This document shows positions 1 to 13,142 of a stretch of 64,000 nt of DNA, piece by piece. This stretch comes from Schmidtea polychroa. Taxonomy: Eukaryota. The notes beneath the pieces were generated by a model that saw only the letters and a list, made by a program, of their open reading frames with translations, was not told the origin of the DNA and made no database searches. Each line of letters begins with the position of its first letter. Position 1 is the stretch's first letter. Location: contig CM097885.1 of NCBI GenBank assembly GCA_044892525.1, positions 59,396,001-59,460,000 of the forward strand, read 5' to 3'. The translations under genes and the position numbers were made by a program.

Positions 1-98
1 AAATTTAAATTTAAATTAAATTTATTTTTTATATTAATTAAAAAAAAAATTTTGTATGAGAATGTTAACAATTTTGTCCGTTTTTAAAAATTAAAATA

Positions 99-260
99 AT
101 ATTTATTAAAAAGAGCTTGAAGACTATAAATCAGTAAATATATCAAAAACATCGATATATTTACTGATTTGTAGTCTTCAAGCTCCTTTTAATAAATATA
201 ATGGAAAACAAATCAGTGGTGAAATTGAAAAAAAAGTTCTTATAATTATTAAAAAAATGT
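99..260. repeat. Hairpin repeat family A, copy 1
   Basis: 46-bp inverted arms 99-144/154-199 (2 mismatches), 9-nt loop, then tag AATCAGTGGTGAAATT (211-226) shared with copies at 3.7 kb and 15.3 kb. Confidence 0.85.
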
Positions 261-353
261 TTATTAAAATTTTATTAAAATATCTTTTAGTTTGATAGAG
301 TTTCATTACTATTATTAGTTGTTAATTTGTTTGAATATTATTATTTTCATTTC

Positions 354-557
354 NNNNNNNNNNNNNNNNNNNNNNNNNNNNNNNNNNNNNNNNNNNNNNN
401 NNNNNNNNNNNNNNNNNNNNNNNNNNNNNNNNNNNNNNNNNNNNNNNNNNNNNNNNNNNNNNNNNNNNNNNNNNNNNNNNNNNNNNNNNNNNNNNNNNNN
501 NNNNNNNNNNNNNNNNNNNNNNNNNNNNNNNNNNNNNNNNNNNNNNNNNNNNNNNNN
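354..557. other. Assembly gap (204 N)
   Basis: Run of N; the X-filled ORFs at 319-590 are artefacts of it. Confidence 0.99.
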
Positions 558-572
558 TTGGTAGCAGCATTT

Positions 573-749
573 ATTATTAAAAACAATTAAGTGATAATTT
601 AAGCCTTTTGCTGCGAATAATGTATTTAATGAAAATATTTTCGACTATAAGATAGTCCTTGTCAATCTCCGTAATATTCGAAAGGTTTTTCATTAAATAC
701 ATTATTCGCAGCAAATGACTTAAATTATCACTTAATTGTTTTAAATAAT
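573..749. repeat. Long imperfect palindrome (foldback/MITE-like)
   Basis: 72-bp arms 573-644 and 678-749 are reverse complements with a few mismatches; 33-nt spacer. Confidence 0.85.
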
Positions 750-892
750 TATAATAATAATAAATGTTTTACACCATTACTTTATAAAATAAAAATGCTA
801 AACAGTTTCTGATTATCGACTAATTTTTAATCCGCTGGGGTCATTATGATTTTTCATACGCCATGTTTACAAGTTTACAGATTTCCTGTGAC

Positions 893-1080
893 CAAGCTAA
901 TAAGCAAGTGATGTGATTTCCAGTGTACCAGGGAAAGTACGCAATAAAGCAATATTGTATACTTATCTGGCGCAAAGAGAAATCTTCGCGTCTCCATCAT
1001 TGTACTTATGAGAGCCAAAAGCTCGAAACTAGTCTACTATTGGGAATTGCACTGGGTATCACAAAGCTTGTAAGGTTTAT
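893..1080 (+). mobile_element. ~190-bp hammerhead-bearing repeat (retrozyme/Penelope-like), degenerate copy
   Basis: Aligns to the reverse complement of 34434-34630; ribozyme core reads CTTATGA instead of CTGATGA (1005-1011). Confidence 0.7.
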
Positions 1081-3731
1081 ATAATTCAAATGTTAGACAT
1101 CCCTAAAAACATTCTACATCATATATATATATATATATATATAATATAACTGTGCGATGTTTGAACAAGAAAAATCACATCCAAGTAAAGTCATTTCCAA
1201 ATTGAATCAGCTATAAGCAAACTATTTGGACATTATCTTTATGTGACTTTTTTCGATTGCATACGTAATTAACTCAAAATTATGTGTTCAATTTTCATTA
1301 TGATGTTTGTGGATAAAACCGAATGTATTTCATCTATGTCCCGTAATTTTGAATGTATGCTCCTAGAAATTTGTGTACATTCATCTGGCAGTGTATTCAT
1401 TTTTCTGCTTTAGCAGATTAAATTTTGAAATGGTGTATTATTTATTAACAATGGGGTTATAATTTTTTTAAAGAGAAGCCTGTGACAGTATAAGATGAAA
1501 TTTTATATAAAAATAGCTTATATGACTTTTTTTAGTTATAAATATTCAAAAACTTCGCACACCACACTTAAAATATATAGTCACAAATTCAATTATTTTC
1601 AAAAATTCAAACATTTATTAATTACAATGTTTATAAGTCTAAATTTGTATTTACATAAAAACCTGTATTTATATAACCTGACAATGGCGGTATAAACAAG
1701 AGGTTGCTGAATTTCAGGAGATAGACAAATAACGTTTTACTTTAATGACGTACAATTCGCTTTTCCGTCAACTTCGAATACTCGAAAAGAAATATTATTT
1801 ACATTTATGAAGGTTTGGATATGCTACTAAATGGAAAAGCCAAATTCATTGTCATACGAGATGTTGTAAAAACTTCATTTAGTGAAAAATATATAAGATT
1901 CTAAATTCTTACAATAAACTATTTGGCTTTCTGCCTAGCACAAACAAGTAATGAAATCTAAATTCTCTTTTTGGTATTTAAAATTTTAGGGCAGTTTATG
2001 ATATACAAATGTTTATCAATGCATTCACCCTTCTACTGCAAGAACTTGTATAAAACTTTTAATAAAAGGTTCTCATATGAACCAAACCCGTTATTGTTTC
2101 AGGTCTTCATTTATGGCCGATTGAAAAGTTGTTTCTTATTACAGTATTAAAACAATTTTCATTGAAATAAATCTGCTATTGTTTAAAACACATTAATTAT
2201 CAGCCTTCATAACAATGAGTAATTATTGTTTAACTTGTTGTGAATTTGTAAAACTATTGCAAAATTTATTGAAACTAATAAAAGATTTATGATGCAAATG
2301 AAGAATGACGTACTAGAATAATGGAAAATGAAATGAACCGCGAAATGTATCAATATATTTTTATGGTGATGGCTCTTGTCTTTCCGGTGGTGGCATGGTG
2401 GCCATCCTTACTAGAATCACTTGATATTTTAGAATGATTTAAACAAGGTATATATCATCGACTAAAGATTTTTAAACAAAATAGAAGTATTTATAAAAAC
2501 TTGAGAGATTTATTGAAGTAAACATATTATACAAAAGCCAGAATTTATACAAAAACATATTATAAAACATATTATACAAATGCCAGAACTTACATATCCA
2601 AATTTTATTTAGTTATAATGATCATTTATGCTGATCGAATTGATTTGATGTTTTCCTTTTTTCCACATTTTTTTATTTGTTTTGTTTTGATATTTTGGTG
2701 GAAAATGTGTTTTCTTACTTTTTTGAAATATATCCTAAAAAAGATTGTACTGTATATTTATTTTTTACTACCCAATAAGTAATTTGATATTGTATAGAGT
2801 ATCTAATTGGATATTAGATTGTATAAATTTGTTGGATTTTAATTAATAAAGTCTGTTACTCTGACTTCTTGTGTTCTTTGGGAAACAAAATAATAGATAA
2901 CATTTTCAGCGTGAATATTGAATATTAAATATTTACAATTGAAATTTTTAGATAATAAAAGTAACCACTGAATCGATTGGTTTCTGCTACTTTCCACTAT
3001 CAAGGCTTTGAACGATGTAACAACAATCACCTCAAAACAAAACTTGTACTTCTCGGTCAATGGTTTGATATCGTTTATTATCCTTCTAGATTACTTCTCG
3101 GTTCCTTTCAAAGTTTCATATAAATCGTATTTTAGTTTTCTAATCGTCTTTCTCTTTTATTCTACTTTCAGTTTCTCCATAAATGACGCAAAATGCCAGT
3201 TGTTTACGAATTTTTTTCTTTTAAATAGTGAAATAATCCATTTAATTTAATTAGATGTTTTTAACATTATCTGGTTAATCTTCTTTTTACGGCTTCTTTA
3301 CATATTGTTTAAAAAATAAAAAAAACTAATTTGTTCCATGTACAACTTCCTAACAATAACCTGATTTTCACTTACTCTCATCAATAATTGTTTCCCTATT
3401 TCCCTATTGTTTGTTTTCATCATTGTTTACCAAACTTTTGTAACTTTTGTATGCTGTAAAATAATCCTTCTTCAACTTTGTTTTGGATATGTTCTCAACT
3501 ATTTCCTGAATAATTTTCTATTTATGGTGTCTTTGGTCTTTGCTTCCAAATAATCTTTTCAAGTCTAACGTTATTTTTTATTTCCATTTCTATTCTAACT
3601 CTTTTTGGATTATTTTCTTAATTTTGGGGTTTGTAATTTTCTTTTAATTCGTTTAATTCCTTACATCAACTTTTTGTTTATAAATTATCAAATTTTTTAT
3701 CTTTTTAGTAAGCTGGCAACTTACTATAAAG

Positions 3732-3935
3732 TTAATTAAAAAGAGAGTTTGAAGACTATAAATCAGTAATATATCGATGTTTGTTGATACTCACGAATTT
3801 TTGGCACTGCCTTTTTCAAGTGAATCAACAAACATCGATATGTTACTGATTTATAGTCTTCAAACATTCTTTTTAATTAATTTAATGGAAAAAATAATCA
3901 GTGGTGAAATTGGAAGAAATAAAAGTTCTTATAAT
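3732..3935. repeat. Hairpin repeat family A, copy 2
   Basis: 57-bp arms 3732-3788/3824-3880, 35-nt spacer, tag at 3896-3911. Confidence 0.85.
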
Positions 3936-5789
3936 ATTACTATAAAGTATTGACAAAATTTTAATTATAAAATCACATATATCATAATCACATAGTTAAC
4001 AAGAATAAATAAGGTGGGGAGGGGGAGTGTTATACAACAAAAAAGGCAACACTTACATACATAAACCATTCCCTTTAAAAGTATTTTCAATATCATATGT
4101 ACTTTTTAAATATTATTAAAGTCATTCAATTTTAGGATGCTGACATCTGCGGCAATCGTTTGCTTCTTGTTTACTCCACTTATTGTTTTCCTTCGAAATC
4201 CTCCTCCAAAAGTTCATGATTCGGTGAGTATTTTACAATAATTTATTCTTTTATCTATATATTAAACAATATCAGTTGGTTTATTCTGAAATTTTAGTCG
4301 TTTTGTAGGGATTTCTTAATTTTTTAATTTCTTACATTTTTCCAGATGTTTTAATACATTAATTAAATCTTAGTTCGATTTAATAGATAAACTTTAATTA
4401 TTCAAATGATGTTTAAGTAATGTTAATGAGGCAAGTTTATTTTAAAATAAAAAGTATGGCTTACTTTAGAATTTTGAGTAAAGTTAAATCAGCCTTTGTA
4501 AATGAATTTGAGAAAATGCAAAAAAAAATCTATGGTAAATGAATAAAAATATTGAACTATAACGTGAAATGAGGGTAATGGTAAAAATGATAATGGATTT
4601 TACTAATAAGACAGTGTAAACATTTATTTTAACAATAAAACTGCCTCTCCAAAGATTAGGCAAGTACATTCGAAAAAGTTGAAGTATAAGAGCTTAAAAC
4701 TAAAACTATAGAAAATAATGTCTCTTTTAACTTAAAGATTTGGAGACCATTTTATTCATCATAACTATCTATAACTATTCTACACCTATCTGCTTCTATT
4801 TATTTTGTGCTTTTCGTATCTAATTCATTTACCTCTCTCAATAAGCCCAAGAATGAAAGTATTTAAAAAAATTTATGAATTTTAAAGATTGTAATGATGT
4901 TGATAAAAAATAATGCCCCCCCCCCCCAAAGTAAATTTTATTGTAAAAACAATAAGAGTTACTCTAAATTTATAGATTCATAACACAGATTCTTATGAGT
5001 TGAATCAGAAAAATAAAGTTTTTGAAAAACTAAGTTTACATTTGTTAAACGGAAAGAATTTATCGACTCTTAATGAAGGTTTTAATTATAACCATTTAAT
5101 TAGTAAAATATTCAATATTTTTGTTCATCTTTGACCTGTTTTGTTTTCTTTTAACATTTCATTTATTTTCATTACGACTATATGTCAAATTGCTGTCCTT
5201 ATCTATCACAAATTTTCGGTACTACTTTTATCAAGTGCTGCTGAAAATTTGTGTTACAGGAAAGAAAAATTGATGAGAAAAATAATGAAAAAGTGTATAT
5301 TATAACGAATATTTTTGATTAATTTAGGAAAAGTTAAATATAAAAATGAGAACAGGAAAAATTTGCTGATTTAGGACAATGAAATTTGGTCGTAGAGCAG
5401 AAGTATTTAGGTGCTATATTTTAAACAAAACCTAACAAAACAAAATCAAACCTTTCATTAAAGTATGTTAATGGTTTCCAAGTATCAGAACAAGAGAATT
5501 TGAAATATAAAATTAAATTTTGAACTAGTGAACAATCAAACAATAACTGAAGCTCTTGTCGATTGTTAAAAAAGAGCTGTTAATAATTCAAATCTAAACA
5601 AAATTTTTTATTACAAAGTCACATGTAAATTAAATAATTATTTTGCTATGTTCACTCACAAATACTGCTGCTGTATTTCTATCAGAAATTCACTATGAAA
5701 TGCAGCAAGTTGCATTTTATAATCATAATAAGTAGGAAGAGAACTATGAAAATTCCGAAAGACTAATGAGGCTTTCAGAGACATTTAGA

Positions 5790-5890
5790 CTTGGGTTATC
5801 CAACCTTTTAGCTTCCTTGACCACATTGAAAGAAAACCAATTGCTTTGGACCACAAAAAAATATACATAACTTAACAATACCTGATGAAT
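5790..5890 (+). mobile_element. 5' fragment of a hAT (Charlie-group) non-autonomous element
   Basis: CTTGGGTTATCCAACCTTTTAGCTTCCTTGACCACATTGAAAGAA resembles hAT/MER30-type termini as recalled; no matching 3' end found. Confidence 0.45.
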
Positions 5891-6724
5891 CATAATATTA
5901 ATCATAATATTAATGTAATATTTGTGAAACTAATACATCAATGGTCTGGTTGTAATGAACTTGTTACAATTCACAGGAAACTCTCAAGACGTTCATCCGA
6001 TATCCTGCTTCAAATTTGACTCTTAGTGTGCTTCATCCTTGAAAATTTTTGTTCATAACTATAAATGCTTCCATATAATGACATAAACTACGCAGTGATA
6101 GACTTGTCTCTGGTGAGGTATGATTTATAAAAGTCCAAAAAAGACTTGATTAAATTTCTCTTTAAGTTGGATGTTTTCCATTTAAAAATTTGAACATTTT
6201 AGACAGAAAAGATATTTGATGTTTAATTTAGTTAATGATATTTTCTAAATATTCTCAAGTTCATCTTATAATTGTGAATGTATGTATGTATGTATGTATG
6301 TTTGTTACAATTTCTAACTACAGAAATTTTTTAATTGAATCCAATATAAAAATCCTTATAAATCGTTATTATTACAAAAAAACCACTTTACACCATTAAA
6401 ATTCTTAGGTTAAGTCTGTTCAATTCAGATCAGCACTAATGTTGGTGACCATTAAAAAAATCCGGTAATGTAGTATTTTATTTTTTGTCTAATCGTTCAC
6501 CAAATACCTTTATTGCATTGTATAAACATTAAGCATCATGCCTTGAAATATATAAAACGGTATCTGTCTATCTTTTCACTATTATAATCTATAGATATAA
6601 AAAATTAGTTCTTTATTATCATAGATACAAAACCATGAATCATTATATTGTAATAAATTTTATTTCCCTTATAATGTTATCCAAAAGACAAATGTCAATT
6701 GGATCTGTTAATTTTTCCTTTAAA

Positions 6725-6870
6725 AGAGCAGCAAATCGAAGGGCAAATGAAACCCCACAGCAGCAACAAGAAAGACTGACTGGGTTAGAACTCGGGCTGC
6801 TATAGTAAGAGCAAACGAGATGCAAAAACGACAAGCAAGACTTGTGCCCGAGAAACGACGGGTAGCCCAG
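6725..6870 (+). pseudogene. Frameshifted STPR-repeat relic (Helitron-type)
   Basis: Translates RRANETPQQQQERL, then after a frameshift RTRAAIVRANEMQKRQARL. Confidence 0.45.
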
Positions 6871-9800
6871 CTGGATTTTTATAAAAATTTCTTTTCTTAA
6901 AAGTGAATTTATTTTCTTTAATGAATGCATTTTATTTCTTGTTTAAATGATAGTTTTATTTTTACCGTGTTTATATTTCATTTATTTTTTCTACCATATT
7001 TTGAAACCGTAAATTAACTGGTAAATTTAACTACTAATGAATTTTCAACAAAGAAGTATATTTTTTGTTTCCAATAATATAAATTGATTATATTATTATA
7101 TTTATAGGTGACTTTTATCACCTGCAACTCGATGGAACGCATTTGATAGTTGTTGCATTTAATATATATTTAATATATAGTTTTAAATTTTTATTTAAAA
7201 TTAATATCTGAAATCACTGAATAGTATTAAATGTAAAATTGAAACTGACAGTATTCAAAATATGGGGCATTTATGGTACGGATGAATGGACAATAAAATT
7301 GAACTGTCCATCGAAATGTCGAATGAGTCGTCAATTTAGTGTAAGAGCAAATTTTTTATGTTAAATTTCATCAATCTAATATAATCATCACTATTTTTTG
7401 TGACGCCAGATCTCATTGAACTGAAAATTGTCAGTTAAAACAAATTTTTATAATTACTAATTTAATTTTAGGCAACTTTTATAAAAGAGCAGTGCCCAAT
7501 GGACTACCAGAAAAACAAAATAATAGATAATTCGAATCTTGCCAACAATATTTACAAAGATGTCTATGACTATCAATACGATTACAATTAGACAATGAAA
7601 AATAATGAAATTTAGTGAAAGTAGATTTTAGAAAATAAAAATAATTGCAAATATGTAATTTATTTAATGAAAATGTGTTATTTTCTTTTATTTGATCGTT
7701 TTATGACATTGTCTAGTCTATTATATATGGTATAAACAAGGAAATAATTTTGAAAGAGATCAAGACTTATGGATTGAGCATTCAAACGGACAGAGCCTGT
7801 TAAAGCCACTAGGAGGCCCAGGTCTGACATCATATGCCGCCCCTATATAATGGAAAATATAACAAAAATATATACTTTTTACTGATTAAAAATTTATTAT
7901 TTCAAAACTTAAATAAATCTAATTCGAAATAATAATACATATTTGTGCACGTGCAGTAAAAAAATGAAAATCTTAGGAAAAGTGAAAATTACACCAAAAA
8001 TAAGGCCTTCTATAGTTAAAGTAGATTTTATCTTAAGAAAAACTTATTTTTGCCACACGTAAAAGTGCAAAATAAACTTTTTGATCGTTTGGTGTAGTAT
8101 CAAAATAGTGTTGTTTGGGGCCCCCTAAATTAAGAGGCCCATGTCAAAAAACCCTCCTGACTCCCTCTTTTCTGAGGCCTGCAAACGGGTGTTTATATAT
8201 TTTATCAACAAAATGGGGAAAAAGTTTGAAACTTTAAACAATTCGTGAAAAGGATGTTGAGATAGATTTGTTGAGGTTGTAAAAGGAAATTATTAAATTA
8301 TGTTAAATTGAATAGTTTTGAGTAAAAAGAAAACCGAAATTGAACGAAAGAGAATGACGGTCAAGTAGAGAAGTAATGGCAAAGAAAAATATGACAAAAA
8401 CAGAACTATAAAAGTGTTCAATCAGACACAAAATGGAAAAATGCTCAAATCTGAGGAAGTAGAATAAAGTGAAATGTTATCGAAATTGAAGCTGGAAAAC
8501 GGGAGAGGTGTAGATTGTGGAATGGTGAAGAAGACAGTGAGCTAGAAATTGTTAGAAAATGTTTAGAAAGGGTCGAAAAACAGGCAAATATGGAAAAACA
8601 CAAACTATTAATTAATTAATAAATTGGCTAATGGAAAACCCGAGCGCGGCAATTTGGGAGAATAAACATACTGGGAATTTAGAGGGCAATTATCTAGACA
8701 GTCGGATAAACTAGGGTAAACAAAAGAAGCGGAATTACTAAAAGGATCAGCATAAATAACTAATTAGAGAACGATAACTAAGGAAGTCAAGACCAATTAG
8801 GTCAAAAACGGAGCAATTACAACGATTATGGAAGTATATAAGGAAACTCTAAATTCAGATAATCGGCAGTAGCCTCAGGTAGGGAAGAGGAAACCGACAA
8901 TAGGAATTTGAGGAACAAAGTCAAGAACTGAAAAGGGAATTATAAGAGGAACTGAAGAGTTAGAAAAGGAATATTAAAGGAGTTTGGATAAATGGCGGAA
9001 TATCAAATAAAAAGGTGAAACTTATTTTTAAATCGCACAGGGTCAAGACTTTCCAAACGAAGTTAGATCAGGAATTGTGAACAAAATCGTGGTTAACTAA
9101 AAGTTGTTATCATTTATTGAGAATTGTAAATTTACTATAAAAAATATACGTTGGGAGTTTGTGTTTATCAATTTTGGGACACGAGGAGTCAGAGAAACCA
9201 ACGGTCGACTTTTCAGTATCATAAAACCCAACAGATTGAAGTAAGTAAATATTTTTCTATATAATCGAAATTATTCAGAAAAATAATTTATAAATTTTAA
9301 AGAGTTCTTGTAATTGGAAGGCTTTTAAAAATGTACAAAAGGGTTATTCTTCATCTTGAATTTTCGATTAGTTTAAGTTCGTTTTTGCAGAAGTTCAGCA
9401 TAAGAATCAAAGGTAAATGACAGTGACTGGATGATTAAATAATTCACAAAGTGGTAAAGGGACAAGAGGAAATGGGGAACGACACCTTCGGTAGTCCATG
9501 AACCCAGAGGCTCGTCAGGGTATTAGCAGTCTTTGTGATTGGGCTCACCTTTTGCTGACAGACACCAACTAAAACGTATTACCAACGTCGTTTACGACGG
9601 GCGTTTGGCGGCCGAATAAAATAATTATGCACGATTACTATGAATAGAATGAAAGATATGGGCAAATAAGTTTCCCCAGAGAAATGTTTCGCCACTTGTA
9701 ACCCACCACTATATTGAAGCAAAAAGTCAAAACGTTTTATGTTCGTAATTCGAAATTGTGTGCTTCCTAAAGCTTGTCTTCTTTGGCCTTTGATTTTGGT

Positions 9801-10164
9801 AACAGGATGAAGTTATATGAAAACGACACATATGTATTCTTTGCATTGGAATACAATTCGAAATTATTTCAAATTCTCCTTTCATTATATCAATTTCTGG
9901 GTAAATCACAAGTAAATATAATTACTCAAAATAATTCTTAGTTGATCTAAAATGTTTAATTTTATCTTCATTAAAGTTTTATGTATAATTTCTAACTCCA
10001 ACTTCATCATAACCTTTGTGCTTAAATAAAAGAAACTACAGAGAGAAATGCGAATAATTTCAAAAATAATTTTAAATAAAATTCTGGAATTCTTTAAAAA
10101 GGCAAGAAAATTACAATTTTACAAAAAAAAAATTTAAATTAATCTAACAAGCCCTTAATGATTA

Positions 10165-10700
10165 CCGTAAAGTTCTGAATATAGTACCCCCCAATAGAGT
10201 ACCCCGGATACTTTAATAGCAAAATTTGTCCAAATACAGTACAGTAATTGGATTTTTTTGGAAATTAATTTCGAACTTCATATTGGATTTATTTTTCATG
10301 CTTGTTTTATTCTATCTACTACTAAAACCATTATGAAAATGGTGTGAAACTTCATCTATTAATAAATCCATTTATATTTGTTTTTCTATTATCTAGTTTT
10401 TCTATTATTATATACAGTTGAATTAATGTATACAGTTTTTTTTATTATTAATGAATAATCTTATTGTTTTTTGAATTAATAATATAGTTGTTTTGTTTCG
10501 TTAATTATATATTAATTAGTTCTATTTTAATTTTAGATAATACATTCCCTGTGCAGATATATATGTTACGTTCCCAATAGTGTACCTGGGTATAAATAAC
10601 CAATTTGAGTACCCGGGTATACTAATTGGATTTATTATTTTTTCAGAATATTGCCACTTTTCAAATAGAGTACTCGGGTATTATATTCATGACTTTACGG
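10165..10700. mobile_element. Tc1/mariner-pogo type MITE, 536 bp
   Basis: TIRs CCGTAAAGTTCTGAATATAGTACCC and rc CCGTAAAGTCATGAATATAATACCC; TA on both flanks (10163-64, 10701-02); subterminal AATAGAGTACCC-like repeats. Confidence 0.8.
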
Positions 10701-11055
10701 TACATTGTAATTTTTCAGAAGTAATTATCCAATAAATCAAAATTATTTTTTATTATTATCAACTTCAGTTGTTTTTCTAAAAAAAATTTTATTTTTAATT
10801 AATTTAATTTTAATTAAAATAAAAATAAAAAATTTTTAAAAATTTTAAAAATAGTAATATTATACCAAACTCACAATATACAACATGCAGCATTCGATCA
10901 TTTAAATATTTTCAAAATATCCATAGACTTGGTAATTTGAGCAGTAATTTTAGGATTCAAAGATCTTATCAGCACTGACTCACAAGTTATTCGCTTCCAT
11001 TAGTTACTCACATTTTTCGCAATCTTCTTAAAATCAGAGATATCTAATTTTTACT

Positions 11056-11500
11056 TGTGAAGCATTTTGTAATTTGTATTAAAATAATGGTATGATGTTG
11101 TACATGTTTGTTTGTATGTTGAAATCCTTACTTATACATTAATTATTATTTTTTTAGAAACTCCTCAAACAAATTAACGTTATAATTTGTTTTAATAATA
11201 TTTGTATTTTAATAATAAACGTGTTAATATAGTTTAGTTATGGATTCTATTAACCTTTTTATACGGAGTGTACAATATATTGTACACAGTTTTGTGTGCT
11301 GAATATCTGTTGTACCTTTTCGAAAATATAATGTGAGAAGTACTTTTTAAGAAAATTGAAATTTGTTCTAGTACATTTTAATAATTTAATAATAATAATT
11401 AATTTGAGTCCCCTTACTAGGTTTGATGGTCTAGATAATTAATTTACCCAGAGAATTAATTCCCGAATGAAAGGGTTAATACCTGTAGCTCTGTGGCTAA
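11056..11500. repeat. Dispersed repeat, inverted copy of ~21806-22020
   Basis: Matches the reverse complement of 21806-22020 apart from the 222-bp insertion at 11254-11475. Confidence 0.8.
11254..11475. mobile_element. piggyBac-like MITE, 222 bp
   Basis: TTAA duplicated (11250-53, 11476-79); ends CCTTTT...GAAAGGG; empty site visible in the paralogous repeat at TTAA 21832-35. Confidence 0.85.
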
Positions 11501-13142
11501 TATTACTTATATACTTCCTAACATTATCACTCATACATAAATTGTTCAGTTTATGATATTTTGAATGTATTTAATTTTTATTGTTTACTTTATATTTTAA
11601 ATCGTGCTTAAATTGCATAAAAATAAACACTCCAAACTATAATTAATTGTGGGTTGAAATCTATGTAAGAGCATTCTTATGGAAGCATAGTCAAAATTTC
11701 CAAGCTAGAATCACTAAAATTTGGAACAAAATAAAGGAAAGGTTATTTATTATTTGAAAAATGTGCTTCCATTTTACAGAAAAATAATAAAAACTAATGA
11801 GCTTCTGGACAGGTCAGGATTGAATAAAGGAGCTCCTTCACAAAAGTTTGTTGCAGATGTAAGAGTTAAGAAGACATTGTTAAATATCAACCAGAAAGTA
11901 ATTAGAATTACCAATATAAATTCGATTCTAATTGCTGGTTCACGCAAAACACCATTATGAGATATATGGGATATATAAAGCAAAAGCTTCAAAAAAATAT
12001 TTTATTGGTGATTTTTTTGGCCTATATGAGCGAAAGGACGAGAAAACGACTTTAAGTAAAGGTGAACTAGGAAATCAACAGACAAAAGTTAAAAGCAAAG
12101 AAAATTAAAGATCAAAAAAATTTCTTACCGACAAGAGATTGAAGAAAATCACCATTACCTCTTTTATAGCAATTTCTATGTAGACATAGAAAAATATTTG
12201 AATTTCATAAATGTTTAATATTTGATGAGCAAGTTGATGAGTGGAAAACTATATACAATTTGTTAACATAATTAATAAACTCCTCCTAACCTTAACATAC
12301 TTTAAGTATGGAGAGTAGTTTTACCTTCGTGTCTGACTAGTATTTTCATTATGAATGTATTAGAAACGTTTACAAATATGCAATATTAATGTACAACAAT
12401 TGTGTAGTCCTATTCCGCATGAAGTGTTGCAATACACAGTAAAAACTGTTAAATTAATTATTCTTTCTGAGTGCTTGTAATCAGTCAAAGGAGACTAGAC
12501 TGTAATTGTACTGACCAATAAAGTTTATATTGTTCGCAATTCATTATTGTTGATAATTAAAGTACATTTGGAGTCTAATCAATTGTTGTTAATTTTTTAT
12601 TTACCGTATTAACCCAACATAATTTACGATATTTAAATTATTTGTTTTTTGAAAACTTAATTGTATGAATCCTCGCAAATCATACGGCACATTGAGAGCA
12701 ATAAATATTAAAGAATTTAGTACACCAAGGTGCCAAATTGACACATTATGTAGTCATTATCTGGAATATTATTATAGTTATCGGCTACTCCATGACTGTC
12801 AAGGCGCTCAATATTTTATTTTTAAGAATTTAATTCTGTTACGTGGTAAATTTCTATGATTTCGTAGAAATACTTCAATTTTAATTTGTTTACCAGATAA
12901 CTTACATTTTATTCAACACCTACTCATCGGTACCCCTCCAAAGTAAGTTATAGAGTTATTGATTTGTGCACTCTGTGACACTAGATAATTACACATACAC
13001 GCAAACTGATGTAACAATTGAATTTATTGTAAAATAATCTAACAATTGGCAGCAATAAGCCGTGCCAGTTAATTAAATAAATAGATGGTTGTATATATTA
13101 AATACATATACGCGTACTTAAGTTGCTTTGTTACGTATCGCT

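Noticed and set aside
319-590. Four ORFs in the track
   Set aside because: Artefacts of the N-run.
2840-3700. A-rich minus-strand stretch faintly like a LINE RT
   Set aside because: No motif recoverable in a single frame.
7795-8180. GGCCC-rich ends suggesting a hAT MITE
   Set aside because: TIRs and TSD could not be matched convincingly.
8200-9560. Purine-rich region resembling a CR1/L2 3' relic
   Set aside because: Too degenerate to support.
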